Shown here piece by piece: positions 5,075-7,243 of a stretch of DNA of 7,243 bases. The stretch comes from a virus (lineage: Duplodnaviria > Heunggongvirae > Uroviricota > Caudoviricetes). The DNA lies in the IMG/VR virus record IMGVR_UViG_2548876950_000015, positions 1 to 7,243 of that record; one strand, written 5' to 3'. Every line of letters starts with the position of its first letter. Within the stretch, counting starts at the first letter, position 1. Both the position numbers and the translations under genes were made by a program. The notes beneath the pieces are model-generated. The model saw only the letters and a list, made by a program, of their open reading frames with translations, was not told the DNA's origin and made no database searches.

Positions 5075-7243
5075 TTACTCCTGTGTCATTCCGCTTAGCG
5101 ATGCCACAATCCCAGCCCTCGACAAACGCTGGAACTCTTCGTTTCCTAGTGCATCGCGAATTGCTTTTACGGCGGCCTTATTTGCCATAAATCTGCGTTC
5201 CGCCGCCGCTAATGCGCCATCACTTGCCCCAACCTTAACTGCCTTTGTTGCCTCTTGAACAGCCTTTTCAATAGCGTAACGACCACTTCTGGTTGCGGAT
5301 AATTTCGCTATCGATCCTTTTGCTATCGCATCAATTGCTCCACCAGCAGCGCCACCCACTATTGCTCCAATAACACCTCCTCCAGAGAACCCTGCGATAG
5401 CGCCAGCGGTTGGAAAAGCGCCAGACAATACGCTCTCTAAAACTGGATGAAGGCCATTCTCAAGAGTGCTAATGGCTGGCATAGAGCGCCCTGTTTGTTC
5501 AACATATCGAAGTGGCTTTGTTGCAGCTCTTGCAAGTTCTCCGTATGAACTTGTAATCCTGCCAAGTTCTGGAGAATATCGACTAATTGCCTTCACGTTT
5601 TGTGGGGTAAGAATAGTCGCGATATGCTTAATTCCAGCTCCTTCAGACTTACCTCCGCGTACCCCTTGCGATACCGCATCTTGTAATATTGATGCAATTG
5701 CTGGCGCGCGTTCCGACTCAGGTAGGGCGCTTATTATTTTATGGAACTGACCTGTTCCACTTTTTGCTGAACCCTGTAACGCCTTAGATCCATTAGTTAC
5801 CAACTGATCAGTTGCAAGGTCTCTACCAAACGCTGCTTCAGCCTGTTCTTGTGCTGTAAATCTTGCCTTTGACAGATCATTAGCTTTTTGCCAGTCATCA
5901 AGAAAATCGCCATTTTGAGCCATTATGCGCATATCTTCCGTTGCTGCATCACGAAGCTCAGCCATGCGCCTTGCCGTATTTGCCTCACCAGACCTTATAT
6001 ACTTCTGCTCTGCGTCAGCAAGTTTACTTCGCCATGCCTTCATGGCATCAAACGTGATTCCTTTTTTACCAGTTTTAGCATAAGCAGATGCGAATTGTTT
6101 CATCTCAGGAGTTAGCGGCATGCCAGCCAAAATATCACCCTGAATTGTAGCGTTCAGGTTTGACATTCTGGCCTTTGCGTCAGGCATCGTGGAGCGGACG
6201 CTATCCCATGCGGCCTTTTCTGAATTTTTCATTTTATCAATACTTGCCAAAACCCTTTGTTTTATGGCTGCACTTTTTTCTGATGCAGTTCCTGCTTCAG
6301 CCCCAAACTCATCCAATGCTGAGTTAAATTTCGACTCTATTTCACTGAATGCTTTGGTGTGTGCATCCTGTGTAATTCCGGGCTTTGATGCCAGAATCCC
6401 CTCCGCCTGAGCAAGACCACGACTACCTGATCTCATGCCAGGAGTTAATGCGTTGATATCTATTCCAGCAGTATCTGCTGCTTTTGCTATTTCGTCTGAC
6501 ACATTAGCTGACTGTCTGGCAATAATCTCTCTTCCTGTACCAGACTTTGCCATTTTCGAAACATCAGCAGCGGAATTTATTGCCCCGCCACCAAGAACTT
6601 GAGGTGATTTAGAGGTTAAGATCCTTCCAGCCCCAGAAAGTATCCCCTGAGCACCAATATTGATACCACCGTTAATGGCAGCATTTTGTGCAAAGTCGCC
6701 CTCCTGATTTGCAGCATCAGCAAGAGAACCTGCAATCATGTTTCCTGCGGAACCGATATCTCCAGCGAGCTTTGCTGGCGCTCCAGCAGCTTTTGCCGCT
6801 GTGCCAATTGGCAGGAGATACCCACCAATTGTTTCACCGGCTTGCGCGTAAGGGTCTGTCGGTCGATCGACAGGGCGATAAACATCATCCAAAACCTTGG
6901 GGCCGCCAAGCCCCTGGCTGATTGCATTAATCAGACTTGCGCCACCCTGCAATACGTCAAATGGTATGTTTACCAGACCACGACCAGCCTGTTCTGCAAT
7001 TTGCCCTGCACTTTGACCACCTGTGAGCCAATCACCAGCTTGTTGCATCAATGATGGTTCTTCTTTCTGCTGCTGAGGCGGAGGGTATGCTGCATAAAAC
7101 TGATCTCTTGCTTCAGCCCATTTGTCACCAGCCTTAGGGGCAACAACCTCATCAAAATATTGCGCTTGAGCCTGTGCTTTCTGTTCTTCAGTTAACGCCT
7201 GATACTGTGGAGAAGCGATAACATCTTTCCATGCTTTAGCCAT
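5075..7243 (-). CDS. Phage DNA-ejection / DNA-transfer protein (P22 gp16/gp20-like by position and composition)
   Basis: 722-aa ORF; ATG at the window edge (7243-7241), so the true N-terminus may lie outside the window. TAA stop at 5077-5075. Ala/Gly/Gln-rich, low-complexity and helix-prone, with a Gly-zipper segment ([31 protein letters not shown]) near the C-terminus. It sits on the distal side of the accessory island, where P22 has gene 16. Product assignment is by synteny and composition, not by remembered sequence identity. Confidence 0.6.
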   Translation of the reverse strand: MAKAWKDVIASPQYQALTEEQKAQAQAQYFDEVVAPKAGDKWAEARDQFYAAYPPPQQQKEEPSLMQQAGDWLTGGQSAGQIAEQAGRGLVNIPFDVLQGGASLINAISQGLGGPKVLDDVYRPVDRPTDPYAQAGETIGGYLLPIGTAAKAAGAPAKLAGDIGSAGNMIAGSLADAANQEGDFAQNAAINGGINIGAQGILSGAGRILTSKSPQVLGGGAINSAADVSKMAKSGTGREIIARQSANVSDEIAKAADTAGIDINALTPGMRSGSRGLAQAEGILASKPGITQDAHTKAFSEIESKFNSALDEFGAEAGTASEKSAAIKQRVLASIDKMKNSEKAAWDSVRSTMPDAKARMSNLNATIQGDILAGMPLTPEMKQFASAYAKTGKKGITFDAMKAWRSKLADAEQKYIRSGEANTARRMAELRDAATEDMRIMAQNGDFLDDWQKANDLSKARFTAQEQAEAAFGRDLATDQLVTNGSKALQGSAKSGTGQFHKIISALPESERAPAIASILQDAVSQGVRGGKSEGAGIKHIATILTPQNVKAISRYSPELGRITSSYGELARAATKPLRYVEQTGRSMPAISTLENGLHPVLESVLSGAFPTAGAIAGFSGGGVIGAIVGGAAGGAIDAIAKGSIAKLSATRSGRYAIEKAVQEATKAVKVGASDGALAAAERRFMANKAAVKAIRDALGNEEFQRLSRAGIVASLSGMTQE

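Noticed and set aside
5016-7054. Several short ORFs on both strands inside the 5075-7243 gene (5016-5258, 5466-5750, 5888-6115, 6189-6410, 6686-7054, 6688-6921 on +; 6736-6927 on -)
   Set aside because: All are embedded in a long uninterrupted 722-aa ORF and give Cys/Arg-rich translations typical of off-frame reads of GC-richer coding DNA.
1-7243. CRISPR array, tRNA/rRNA, IS element or transposase, integrase or att site
   Set aside because: No spaced direct-repeat array, no cloverleaf-like or rRNA-like segment, and no transposase- or integrase-like ORF or terminal inverted repeats were visible. The window appears to be wholly internal to a phage genome.

Overview
On the minus strand this 7.2-kb window reads as the distal end of the late region of a P22-like temperate phage or prophage. 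In order: a large Gly/Ala-rich DNA-ejection-type protein gene (5075-7243); a ~1.5-kb accessory island of five small genes (3568-4991) at the position where P22 carries sieA; an immI-type immunity module (mnt on +, divergent arc on -, then an unrecognised 73-aa ORF and a KilA-N-type antirepressor-like gene); a rho-independent terminator; and a tailspike gene (1-1797) with a P22/Sf6/HK620-like head-binding N-terminus and a different receptor-binding body. I see no rRNA, tRNA, CRISPR array, IS element, integrase or att site. The best candidate for something undescribed is the accessory island: none of its five small proteins matches a family I recognise, and three carry membrane-targeting features. 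All functional proposals there rest on context, not on homology; family assignments elsewhere are made from memory of P22 sequences and were not searched.
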